A stretch of DNA of 63,788 bases, the filler included, from Reclinomonas americana ATCC 50394 (taxonomy: Eukaryota), in the NCBI GenBank assembly GCA_048213135.1. It is 9 parts of 9 records of this genome, joined end to end, with 100 filler letters (N's around TTAATTAATTAA, not from the genome) between each part and the next. Parts side by side here need not be neighbours in the genome. Positions count along the whole stretch, not along the records: positions 48,404 to 62,663 come from AFZH01018074.1; 8 more parts are not named here. One strand, 5' to 3'. Of this stretch, positions 49,159-61,344 are shown piece by piece (within the stretch, counting starts at the first letter, position 1; each line of letters starts with the position of its first letter). The notes under the pieces were generated by a model, which saw only the letters and a program-made list of their open reading frames with translations, was not told where the DNA came from and searched no databases. The translations under genes and the position numbers were made by a program.

Positions 49159-50480
49159 CCCTCAACACCCTTCTCACCTCCATCGTCAGGAACGCCAACA
49201 TCTGGCTATACAGCGAGTCACGCGCGGTCGAGCAGAACGGCGCCGTGTCGCACGTCAGGTGGGCCAGCAGCGCGGGAATGATTGGTGCCACCTTCTCGCC
49301 CGAGCGCTTGCACGACTTGAGAATGTTGGGCACAAGTGTCTGCATCACGCGCGCCACGCATTAGTCACCGGGTGCACCCGTACGCCATGCGCTTCTGCAC
49401 AAAAAGAAACCTCTGCAAACTCCTGCGTCGTCAGCAGCGCCAGCATCGGTGCCAGCTGCCCGATATGATGCGGCTGCCAGTCATCCTGCGGCGCCGCGAG
49501 GATCTTGTTGATAAACTCGATAAACACATTCTGCACGACCAGTGGTGAGCCCCGATTCACTCACGGACAACTGCACCACACCGCACCTTGTACTCAGAGA
49601 TCAAATCCACAAAACGCTTGCCTCGTCGCGCCAACGACAGCACAACGCCCATGGCACGCGTGAGTCGCACGCACGGTGGCGAGCTCGCAAACACGTCCAT
49701 AAAGATCGGAATCAGGTTCGGATGCTGCATGCACTCATGTAAGGATCGACATGCTTGCCTGCCTGCTCGTCCTTCTTCCTCCTCCTGCTTACCTCTGCCA
49801 ACGCACGCCGCAGCAGCTTGTCGGCCTTGCAGTCCTTCGCCGAGCCTCCCATCTCCGCAATCACTGCACTTGTCCACAGCGCCAGCTCGCCCAACCGCGC
49901 ACGATCCACACAATGCGACATCATCATACACAAGAAGCGAATCATCTGCACGCCCGCCACGCGACACCATTGCACGGATGCGGGCAAAGTCAAGTTGGAA
50001 GCCACGATCGGCGTCGATGCAAACAGGCTGTGCATGAGCGCGGGAATGCACTCGGGCGAGCGCGCCAGGAACCACTCCACGAGATGATCAATGTGCTTTT
50101 GTGTGTGGCGACCCGGGACGTGCAGGCGAGAGTACTCCAGCAGCTCCGCGATGCCTTCCACACTCAGCAACTCTTCCTCTGTGACACCGGGGAGAAGAGA
50201 GACAAGGAAGGGACATGTGCATCAGCACCAACAACAACACACAAGCGTGCCACTGGGAAGCGAGCAAAGAGCAGAGCAGGCGCGCGCGTGCATCCGTGTG
50301 CATGCATCACACATGCACAGAGGGAGAGAGAGTGCGTGTACAAGAGAGCGTGCAAGTGGGCAGCCATTTCCGGCCCCCCGTTTTTCTCATCTGCAGCACG
50401 GCGTAACTGTTCTCGTAGAGTGCGTCGATGACACGCGTCGCCTCGGCACCCGAGTCGCCGCAGAGTGCGTGGACATTCAT
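43600..50480 (-). CDS. GCN1: eIF2-alpha kinase activator GCN1, N-terminal half (spans the gap at 48304; C-terminal half lost in the gap at 43233)
   Basis: LLPLFEMFLD..SVVVFLGSLAIHLD..LLDALGTPSQDVQTQVALCMSPL, IALTPVGEMY, DDAWEAEIRRE, EQVRAEEAEIR; HEAT-like exons. The start position is approximate. Confidence 0.88.
48690..49110. repeat. ~190-200 bp degenerate tandem repeat (about 2.5 copies) in a GCN1 intron
   Basis: CTCGCTACTGCTCCTCGAACACCCTCAT occurs at ~48696 and ~48879; CTCTGACCCTGCTCTCCCGTTTTCGT occurs at ~48810 and ~49010. Confidence 0.85.
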
Positions 50481-50640
50481 TGAAGTTGATTGAAATCAGG
50501 GTCACCGCCACCCGCGTCGCTGAAGTGGAATTTGCCGGACGCGGTAACCCGCGCAGACTTTTGTACTGCGCCAGAACCGCCAAGTCGCCTCAGCAACTAT
50601 CTGCTTTGCTGCTTGCGGTAACACGGAAGCTGTGCAGGAA

Positions 50641-50732
50641 TGTGGGACACCACCTGCTGCTGTCGCGCTCTTGCGATGGATTCATCGATGATTGATGATG
50701 GGTTGGTGGTGGGCGCGATGGATTCGATCGAT
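50641..50732 (+). repeat. Dispersed direct repeat, copy 1
   Basis: TGTGGGACAC..CACCTGCTGCTGTCG..GATGGWTTCATCGATGATTGATGATGG..ATGGATTC..GATCGAT, shared with 52699-52785. Confidence 0.85.
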
Positions 50733-51000
50733 GGGAGAGGCTAGGGAGGTCGATGGGTGATGACCGTGTGCGAGAGAAAATCGGGTGGTAAAAACGAGGG
50801 GGGAGCGCGTTCAACTCTCAATGAATTGCAAGCTCACTGTGATCGCAGCACGACATCGATTTCAAGCGACGACGTTGGCATTGCTCAGAAACAGTAATAG
50901 GCACGCACGCACGCATACACGCACGCATACACACACACACGCACGCACACACACACAATACGGAAACACACTTCACAGACTCCATCGGTGTGATCTGCAC

Positions 51001-52111
51001 TCAATAAATCGGCGCACGATAGAGAATGACTCTCGCATCCTCGCAGATGAAGCAGCGCAACACAATCTCTACGAGGCAGCGCGGGTCACCGTCAGCATCG
51101 GACAGCAGCTGCATCTCAAGTATGGCTTCACGTGCATTCCGGGCAGCTTGCAGCTCGGCATTGGCATGGCCGCGCGTTGTGGGCCACACTCGTACAGTCC
51201 TGTCGTCACTGCCACTAACAATGTGCTGACCATCGGGTGTCACTGCAACTGCATTCACCCAGTGAGTGTGGCCCTCCAGTCGGCGCACCACATCGCCACT
51301 TGCCAGCGACCACACTCGAACAGTCTTGTCAGTACTGCCACTAACAACGTGGTGGCCATCGGGGGTCACAGCCGCTGCAAGCACAATACCCGCGTGGCCA
51401 TCCATTCGGCGCACCTCCTCGCCACTTGCCAATGACCACACCCGCACAGTAGTGTCCTCACTGCCACTCAAAATGTGCTGGCCATCAGGCGTGACTGCTA
51501 CTGCACGCACCCATCCCGTGTGGCCCTCCAGTCGGCGCACCACATCGCCACTTGCCAGCGACCACACCCGCACACTCTTGTCAGTACTGCTACTCACAAC
51601 GTGATGGCCATCGGGGGTCACAGCCACAGCATTCCCCCAGCTCACGTGGCCTTCCAATCGGCGCACTTCCTCGCCACTTGCCAGCGACCGCACTCGTACA
51701 GTATTGTCCGCACTGCCGCTCACAATGTACTGGCCATCGGGTGTCACTGCTACTGCATTCACCCCCCGCGTGTAACCTTCCAGTCGGCGAACCTCCTCGC
51801 CACTTGCCAGTGACCACACTCGTACAGTATTGTTATCACAGCCACTCACAATGTGCTGACCATCGGGTGTCACTGCCACTGCACGCACCCATCCAGTGTG
51901 GCCTTCCAGTCGGCGCACCTCCTCGTCAATTGCCAATGACCACACTCGTACAGTACAGTCATGACTGCCACTCACAACGTGCTGGCCATCGGGTGTCACT
52001 GCGACTGCAGACACCCCCCGAGTGTGGCCTTGCAGCACCTGCACGAACGTCTGTCATCAGGCACTATGCACACACCGCAGGCAAGCACTGCATGCTCACC
52101 TTGCAAGCCAT
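51001..52111 (-). CDS. WD40 protein with 7 near-identical 42-aa repeats plus a short helical C-terminus
   Basis: Exon 1 MACK, intron 52039-52099, then 7 x (EGHT.WV.AVAVTPDGQHIVSGS.D.TVRVWSLASGEEVRRL) with a 126-nt period. Confidence 0.93.
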
Positions 52112-52698
52112 TGCGTGTGTTCGATGGGAACTCGACGGGAACTCGAGCAAGTCCGCCGCGGACACGCAAAACGTCTGTCTCCCGAAAGAAAAACACTTCA
52201 TTCACCACATTCCAATAATGCGACAAATGTCCACAAATCCCTTGCCGATCGCGACGATGACCATTGGCACACCAACAATAATCAACACATAGATAAATCT
52301 TCTCCAACAGACATCTTCCCTTTCAGGAGACAAAGCCAAGCAAACGCGTGTTGGCCTCAAAAGGATTTCGTGGCGCAAAATGTTTCAGCATGGGCGCTGT
52401 TGCTTAGAACGCAAGTGCGCAAAAACGACGCTTGGGGTCAGTGGCCCGAAGGCTGCGGCGTTGTTGCGGCGGGTGGTCACATGAATTCGAAAGCAGTCCG
52501 TCTGTCTTCGCAGTCGCGATCGTACGCGTTCCAGACTCGTCTTGCGTCTTGCTCAGTGTCTCGATCGCCGTCTGCGTAAGCCTTGAGGGTGGGTATATTG
52601 GAGGCTCGAAGTATATCATCTGCTGTCGTCACTCAGCGCGTATACTTGCTCCCTCCTCTCGTACCTTACGCAACGACGTACATGACTGCCACCATATG

Positions 52699-52785
52699 TG
52701 TGGGACACCATGGCCGGCCACCTGCTGCTGTCGATGGTTTCATCGATGATTGATGATGGATCGGCGTTATGGATTCATGATCGAT
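52699..52785 (+). repeat. Dispersed direct repeat, copy 2
   Basis: Matches 50641-50732; a partial inverted copy (CCACCTGCTGCTG core) lies at ~53244-53257. Confidence 0.85.
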
Positions 52786-53652
52786 CTGCAGCGACGATGG
52801 ATGCCGCTACAGGAATCGCTCGACGATCGCAGCGCAGGAAGACTATCTGCAGTAGAAAAGTAAACCCAATGAATGGTGCTGATGATGGTCGACGTCACTC
52901 TACCTTGGACTACCGTATTCTACTACTACCTCTACCTCTATCATTTGTCGCATTATTGGAATGTGGTGAATGAAGTGTTTTGTTTGTTAATTATTTTTAT
53001 TCTTTTTTTTTAAAAAAAAAGGAAAGGAAGGATGGGAGGAATTCTTTGGTGAATAACGTATAGCCATGGTTGACGATGCACCTCTCATAGTACAGTACCT
53101 TTCATTCCCTTGACTTCTGACTACTACTACTATACTACTACATACTACTATAATTTTTTTAAAAAAAAGTAAGGAAGGAAGGAAGGAAGGAAGGCAACCA
53201 AGCTCACGATCATCCATCCCATCGAGCATCGGCAATCGACCGGTCAGCAGCAGGTGGTCTCTCGCAAGGAAAACGCTTCCGTTTCTTGGTTTGTTCGATA
53301 TCGATTTCGTACAGTCGTGGTTACCAGGGCACTATCAGCCGTGGCATTCCATATGTCTGCTGTACACCATTCTTTCTAGATTATCCTAGAGTGCTTGCAT
53401 TCATTTTTTGCGGATCCAGATTTTTTTGGAGTGGATCGGAATTGCTAACAAATAACACCCCATGCCAATAACGCGACATGCGTCCATAGCAGCCAACAAC
53501 AATTCACTCACCAACACAAGCAACAGCTGTCTTGATGACCAGGTCCAACCATATTCAAAACATCACGCAAATCTTGATCAATTGAGTTCATTCGCCACCC
53601 GCGACGACTATTACTACAGTATTACTTGTCTCGCCTCCGGCACCGCCGACGC

Positions 53653-54676
53653 CTACTGGCAGATGTTCCCGACAGCGCCGTTCCTGGCCAGGTTCGCGTA
53701 CATTTCACGAACCCTGGCTGCCGTGCAAGTTTTCTGCGGCACCGCCAGAGACGTCGCAGTGGGATGCGTCACCGCGCCAGTGGCGCCATTGACCTCCAGT
53801 TTCAGCGCGTCCGAGCGCCAGTCGACAGTGTCGGATGACTTGCGATCTTCGACCAAGATGGCCAAGTCGCCGCCGAGTTTCATGACAGGCGGCGAGCGCA
53901 AACCGACGCGGAACTCCAGGTCGTCGGCAGCCGGCTGCTGCGGCCCAAACACCAACACCAACACTTCCTTGGCGAAATTGATCAGGGCCTGCCGCTCCGG
54001 CATATTCTTACCATGATCACAGAAGGCATCGACCCATTCGGTGGCCACAGACGTCTTCACCGCACCCGCTTGTGAGATGCTGGTCCAGTATGCGCCGTTT
54101 GGTGAGGTGTCGGCATGCAGATGCGCCGGCAATCGGAAAACGTCGCGGAAGCGGAACTTGGGCAGGAAGGACCACGTCTGCTTGAAGTCCGTGACGCTGA
54201 GAAGATTACCGGTACGCCAGTAGTCCGCCACGTGGTTGTTGTTGTTCCGTCCCGCAACCAACTTACCGAGAGAGCAAATAGAACTGCCGAGCAGCAGCAC
54301 AGCAGCTTGCACATTCTTCTTTCGCGCCGCGTTCCGCGACAAGGAACCGGCGGCCTGCGTCTGAAGCCAGTCGCTGATGAGACCGGAGGCCTTGTCGTCG
54401 GCTCCACCGGCTTGGAACAAAGTGCTTGTGATTGTGCCCAGTGACGCCGCGTAAGGCAGTCTCCGCCAAAAGACTTGCTTGGTGACCCACAGATACAACT
54501 TGACGGGGAAGTTGATGTGCAGAGAGGCCGACTTGAAGTTGTCGTTCAGCCGTGCGGCCGGCCGAGTTGCCATCATATCATAGTTGCGGTTGCCGAAGGT
54601 ACGCTTGCGGTTGAATCCGGTCGGTGTCAAATCGGCGTCGTTGTTGGCCGCCGTCACCATGCCGTCGTACACAGCT

Positions 54677-54712
<36 letters not shown>

Positions 54713-55337
54713 CATGAGTCCTCGTGCTCTCCCTTGCAGTGTGCGCTCAAGAGAAGACGAAACTCTGCAGCGGCACCACTGCGTACTGCAGCTGGGGAGC
54801 CTGCTGCGCCTCCACCCGCAACCCATCCAACGCCGCATGCATCATGTTGGTGAGGAAGCTCATCACCTTTGGCCACTTGCGGTCGTTCCACTTGAGCGGT
54901 CCCGATACCACCTCCGCCACACAGCCGCCAGAAAGGCGCCATTCACCCCCGCGAATGTCACCATCGGGCGCAGTTCTCTGGGAGGCGCAGTCGTCACGCA
55001 AGAGCTTGATCATGGGAATCTGCAGCACCTGCGTCTGCGAGGCGACGATAATGTCGATCTCGCCCGGCCACAGGCACGTGTAATCGTTCTGTAGGCGAAT
55101 GCCGATGCGCCGCAACGCCAGGAAGAACGAGTCGTTGATTTTCGTGGCTCCTTGGCCAAACTCCCACTCCAGACCGAGCGTCGGCACACGCCCAATGTCG
55201 GTGACCGTCGGCAGTGCGGCGCTGGCCTCCGCGTATGCCTCCACCGCCTCCTCCAGATCGAGGGAGAGTGCGCGCGCTGTTGCCACAAGCGCGACACACA
55301 CGACAAGCGCGACGAGAAGCACGTGGTGAGTGCGCAT
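53653..55337 (-). CDS. Predicted secreted amidoligase/glutamate-cysteine-ligase-fold protein (~531 aa, one intron 54675-54763)
   Basis: Signal peptide MRTHHVLLVALVVCVALVATARA; TLGLEWEF, DGDIRG..AEVVSGPL, SASLHINF, KFRFR and ILVEDR fit the COOH-NH2 ligase superfamily motif order. Confidence 0.6.
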
Positions 55338-55934
55338 GTTTAATATCTCGACGGACGCGGGATATCCGACCACGCTCGCTCGCGCCGATTCCGCAGCTGC
55401 AGTTTGTCCACATCGTCAACTGCGCAAAGCAATGTCTGTCCAGGCGTAAGTTAAACTTGGCCAGCGCGTTGGTTTCTCATCGTGAAAGCTGTGCCTGACT
55501 TGACGACTGTGGTTATAGGCTCCGAACTTGCAAAGTGTCCTTTGCGGAATGACAAGGGTTGCCAGCTTCTGGGGCATGCAGAGCATTGCATGAGCCGTTA
55601 ACGCGTTGCGCATGCGTGAGCCGTTGCCACAAGGGACGCGACAAGCGAGCGCGAGGAGAAGCACGTTTTTGTGGACTGGAAAAGTCGTACGCGTGATGCC
55701 TAAATAAAATGATGGCGTGTCTGCAAGAGAAACCACGGCTCATGTTTCGTGATATCTCACTTCCTGGCGCTCACTTGATGATGATCAGAGATATCCATGA
55801 TATCCGCTCGCGCCGATTGCATTGTCCGCATTGTCCGCATCTGTCCACTCATCAACACACGCACACGCCTGTGTGAGAAGAGATTGCTCTTTGTCGTTTG
55901 AATTCGAGAAGAGAGTGTGCTTGTGTTTGTGAGA

Positions 55935-58900
55935 ATGCAGGTCGCGTATAGTCAAAAGAGTCTCCCGCTTGCGGGCATGTTGGTGGTGCGCATGACGGGG
56001 CAAGAGGAGAGTGTGAGCTTTGTGCGTGATGTGAATGTGGAGCGCCCGGAGCTGCGCGATGCCACTGGCCGGTGAGTGGAGGAGGAAAGAGAGAGAAGAG
56101 AAAGAGAGAATGAGAGAGAGGAGACAAGTGCAATCACACTTGCATTGTTCACACACACACATACACACACACACACACACAGAGAGAGAGAGAAATAGAG
56201 AGCGAAAGAGAAAGAAAGAGAGCAGGAGAAAGAGAGAAACACTTTTGATTGAAACTCACACTCTCACGAACTCTCTTTCTCTCGCATACACACACACACA
56301 CTCTCTCTCTCACACATACACACAGCTGTCTCTGCTCATCCTTTTTGGGGTGGGAGATGCATTGTATCACTATTTTGTTGTGATTGTCACATTTGAGCAT
56401 CGCAATCAGTGGCTCATTTGTTGTGATTGTGGGGAATGCAGTGTTCTTGCGCGTGGCGGATGCACAGTGGCGATTGCGCTTGCGCATGGCAGCTTCTTGG
56501 TCGACGGTCTGCGCCCGTATGAGGTGAGGACTGCGTGGCTTGATTTGGTCTCTCTCTCCTCTTGCTGTATCAGTGTGGCCGTGATGGATCCTTTGTTCTC
56601 ATTGCTCTCACTCCGTTGTCGACCATTCGTTCTTCTTCTTCTCCTTTCCCTCTTGCCCTCCTCCCCGTGTTATCTACGCTGTCTCCATAACACGCACATT
56701 GACTGAGCCTTTGTTCTAATTCCTTGGTCTTCGTAACTTCGACTTCCTCTCTATCTCCTGTCGCTGTGTTGCCTCTTGCCCCCTTCCCCTGTTATCCGCG
56801 CTGACTCTGTCTTCGTCTCCTTTGTTCTCACTCCTCTGACTTCTTTGTCTTCGTTTTTCGTCTTCTTTTTTTCTCCCGCTGTCTGCCGCTTGCCCTCCTT
56901 CCTCAATCGTCTTCTCATCTCGTCCGTTGTCTTCGTTTCTTCGTTCTTCTTCTCCCCTCGCTGGTTTGCCTCTTGCGCACCTTCCACTGTCATCCACCCT
57001 GTCTCAATCTTTGTCACACTCGCCCTCCTTCCTCTCTCGCCTTCTCCCTCTTCCTCCCTCTTGTTCCCCCTCACCCTGCCCCTTCTCTTACTCCTTCCCC
57101 CACCTCTCTCCTTCCCCTCACCTCTCTCCTTCCCCTTCCCTCACCCCTCCACCCCTCCCAGATCGAGGAATGGCTCGAGTTCGCCAACACCGAGTTCAGC
57201 CGCGAGGAGTCGCTGATGATGTCGGCCATTCGCTTCAACCACCAGCTGCAGTTCCGCACCTTTGTGGGCGGCGATGGCTCGCGTCTCACGCTGTTCGACT
57301 TGCTGGTGCTGCAAGTGCTGCGCAGTTGCGTCTTTTTCTTGTCTATGATCGGTGTTCACACATCTCACCCGACACACAAAACACAGACAACCGCCTCACC
57401 ATGGGCCTGGTGCGCCGCTTCGGCAACAGCCTGCCGCACTTTGCACGCTGGTTCGAATCGATCGACGCCATGCCGCTTGCCGTCGAGAGCTTCACCAACC
57501 TCGTCAAGATGTTGCGTTCTTTTCTTCCACTCCCGCTTATACCTCGCCTCACCTCTCCTCTTCCGACAGCCTGAAGGGTCAGGGCGTGGTGCTGAAAAAG
57601 TCCGCGGACACCACCACGACGGCCGTGTCGGCTGCGCGTGCCGAGGAGGCTGGCGACGTGTCGCTGCCGAACGCTGAGATTGGCAAGGTTGTCACGCGTT
57701 TCCCCCCAGAGGCCTCTGGCTACATGCACATTGGGCACGCCAAGGCCGCGCTCATCAACAACTACTTTGCCAAGAAGTACAAGGGACGCATGATTCTGCG
57801 CTTCGACGACACCAATCCCAGCAAGGAGAAGGTGAGGGAGACTATGTGTGCGTGTGTGTGTGCTGAGAGAAAAATGTGAAATACTCACAACACTACACGC
57901 ACAGGGCGAGTTCGAGGAGGCCATTCGCGAGGATCTCGGCCGCCTGGAGATCATTCCCGACCACATTTCGCACACCAGCGATCACTTTGAGTTGATTCTT
58001 GGTCTGTGCGAGCGCCTGCTGCAGGAGGGCAAGGCCTACGTGGATGCGACACCAGTGGCCGAGGTGAGAGGGAGGGAAAGGGGTGGTTGAAGAATATGAG
58101 TCGGTCGTGGGAGTGGTGTCGATCATGACCAGGTTGCTGGAGTGCGCGCGTGTGACTAACATGCTCTATTTCTTCCGCAGATGCGTGCCCAGCGTGACGC
58201 CGGTATCGAGAACGCCTACCGCTCGCAGCCGGTCGCCGAGAACCTGCGCCTGTGGACTGAGATGCAAAAGGCCTCGGAGGAGGTGTGCAGTGCTGTGCGC
58301 GCTTGTGCATCTCGCCTCTCTGCAAGTCACTAACGCACTCCTACCCGCACACAGGGTCTCAAGTGCTGCGTGCGCATGAAGATCTCGATGACGGTGCCGA
58401 ACAAGGCGCTGCGTGATCCTGTGATGTACCGCTGCAACTTGACGCCGCACATGCACACGGGCGAGCGCTACAAGGTGTACCCGACCTACGATTTTGCCTG
58501 CCCCATTGTCGACTCGTACGAGGGTGTGACGCACGCTCTGCGCACGAGGTGAGCGGCAGAGAGAGAATGAGAGAGAGAGAGAGAGTGGGTGAGTGAGAGA
58601 GGGAGAGAACGCAAAAGTGTTGCTTAGCGATGGCGTCATTCTGACAAAGGTCGCGCGCAGCGAGTACTCGGATCGTGACCCGATCTACTACTGGGTCATT
58701 GAAGCTCTCGGCATCCGCAAGCCGATTTTGTGGGAGTTCAGGTTTGTCGATAATCGACGATGCATTTCGAACACCCACATCTCGTTGCTCACGCGCCCTG
58801 TGAACCACTGCAGCCGCCTGAATTTCGTCCGCACTGTCATGTCGAAGCGTAAGCTGCAGTGGTTTGTCGACGAGCACATTGTCGACGGCTGGAACGATCC

Positions 58901-60436
58901 GCGCTTCCCGACTGTGCAGGGTGCGTCATTTGTGTGTGTGTTGTAGTGTGTTGTTGGTAAGTAGCGACTGACGCATGTGTGCAAACAGGCCTGCTGCGCC
59001 GCGGTCTCACGGTGCCGGCACTCCGCGACTTTGTGCTGGTGGCACAGGGCGCCTCCAAGGTTTGTCACAGATAAGTGCATGCCGTGTGTTTTTTCTGTTA
59101 TGCTCACACTTTCTGCTCTTTGTTATCGCACAGAACACCAACCTCATGCGGTACGTCCTTAAACCTCGTCTCTTTGAAACTGTTCTCCCGTGCATCGCCT
59201 CATCGCTTGTCCTCTTGCGTGCAGCTGGGAGAAACTGTGGACCTTCAACAAGCAGGCCATTGACCCGATTGTGCCGCGCCACACGGCCGTCGCACGCGAC
59301 GCCAAGGTGGCACTGGTGCTGTCGGATGTCCCGCAGGCCGTGGTCATCAAGGACGTGCCGCGCCACAAGAAGAACCCGTCGCTCGGCAACAAGCGCACCG
59401 CCTACTGCAACCGTGTGTGGCTCGATCGTGCTGATGCCGACAACCTGCAGAATGGCGAGGAGGTCACGCTGATGGTGAGTGGACTGAAAGGGAACGGGGT
59501 TGGCTGTGCATCCGTGCTGTTTTATTTCTTGCTGTTGATCTTGTTCTTGTTCGTATTCTTCTTCCTCTCCTCCTCATCCTCACTCATCTTCTTGTTCATC
59601 ATCACTGTAATCTTCTGTTTTCCCGCCCTCCTCCTCCTCCTCTTCTGCCTCTTCTTCTTCTTCGTCCTCCTTCTCTCCTTTTCCTGTTCCCCTTCATCGT
59701 CTTCTTGTTCTCCTCCCACTTCCTCCACTTTCTGCTTTTCTCCTTCTCATCTTTCCTCGTCCTCCTTCTCGCCCTCTCAACCTCTTATTCTCCTCCCACT
59801 TCCTCCTCACTCTTCTTCTTGTTCCTGATCACCATGATCTTCTCCTTCTCCCAACCCTCCTCCTCCTTCTCTCCTCCTCCTCCTCCTCTCCTTCCTGTTC
59901 CCCACCATCTCATCTCCTCCTTCCTTCCACAGGACTGGGGCAACGCCGTGATCGACCTCATTGTGCGCGACGACGCCGGCCAAATCAGCGAGCTGCACGG
60001 TCACTTGCACCTGGAGGGCGACGTCAAGATCACCAAGTGGAAGCTGACGTGGCTGGCTGACGTGCCGGATCTGGTGCCGGCCACCCTCGTCTCCTACGAC
60101 CACATTATCACGGCCGACAGCATCCCGCCGGATGAGGACTTTGAGAAGTTTGTGAACCGCAACAGCCGCACCGAGCTCGCCGCCCTGTGCGACGCCAACA
60201 CGCGCGAGCTCCGTCACGGTGAGCGCCTGCAGCTCGAACGCCGCGGCTTCTTCATTGTCGATCGCGCTGCGGGCGAGGGCGGTCTCGTGCTGGTCGAGAT
60301 CCCCGACGGCCGCCTGGCCAAGGGTGAGGAGGCGCGCCCGTCTGCTGGCTCCGCCGCCGATGCTCGTCCGTCGCGCAAGGAGCTGAAGCGCCAGGCGCAC
60401 AAGGCCGGTGAGGGTGGCAAGAAGGTCGGAAAGTGA
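55935..60436 (+). CDS. Cytosolic glutamyl-tRNA synthetase with GST-like N-terminus
   Basis: [95 protein letters not shown]. Confidence 0.95.
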
Positions 60437-60535
60437 GAAAAGAGAGATGGAGAGAGAAAGAGAGAATGAAGTCACATTGTCCATCGCGTCTACAGTAGTT
60501 TTGCTCTCACTCACTCACTCACACGCACCGACACG

Positions 60536-61138
60536 ATGGAGGGCGCGCAGCTGCTCTCTGCAGCGCTGACGCGCGACAAGCAGAACGGAGATGGTTTGAT
60601 TACTGCGGATGTTCATTGACGAGGTGCATTCTCACTTGTTGCTTCGGCGGCTTCTGCAGGGCCCAATGGCAACATGGTGCATTAGGACTCCCTCCTTCGC
60701 GTGGCACGTGACAGTTGCTCTCATCGTGCCTCGCTCCCGCAGATTGGCAAGATTGCAATGGAGGACCTGTTTGCCGACCGCTGCACTGGCGAGGAAATCC
60801 TGTACGCTCTGCGTAAGACGGCGAAGGATCCGCCAAAGCCAGGCGCACCAAGCCACGGTGCATTCATTGAACACCGTACGTCGTTCTCCTCAGCTGCTCA
60901 CACACGCGCCTGCTGTCCAGAAGTCGCCATGTGGCACTACAAACGATGGGCCGCGCAGTCAGCCATGGAAGCCGCATTGCGCCGCCTCTCCGCACAAGGC
61001 GACAGCGACGAAGAGTACGCAGTCGGTGGCGAGGAGCACCTCGGTCCATTTCGTCACACCGTCGCGCAGCAACGCGAGGCACTCGAGTGGCTCGCAACAG
61101 AGGAGGAGTGGAACCGCACGCGAAGAAGCTCACCTTGA
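60536..61138 (+). CDS. Uncharacterised small protein (4 exons)
   Basis: Phase-consistent GT-AG splicing gives MEGAQLL..IGKIAMEDLF..VAMWHYKRWAAQ..RRSSP*. Confidence 0.5.
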
Positions 61139-61344
61139 CATCCAAAAGGTTGCTGCAGCTGGTGCTCACTCAATCATGCAGCTGTATTGGCTGGACTTGG
61201 TCATCAAGACAGCTGTTGCTTGTTTGTTGGTGAATGAATGGTTGTCATGCCACACACCGAGCAGCAACTGATGCGTTTCTCATCTCATGTAAACAGCAGC
61301 ACGAATTGGTTGCCTTTTCCAATCATCTCTCTCTCTCTCTCTCA

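Noticed and set aside
51160..52040. Regular 126-nt repeats as a CRISPR-like array
   Set aside because: They are contiguous coding WD40 repeats with no unique spacers, in a eukaryotic context with no cas genes.
56325..56395. Two small hairpins ending in ACATTT in a GluRS intron as an H/ACA snoRNA
   Set aside because: There is no proper ANANNA hinge box, it is too short, and I could not identify a target.
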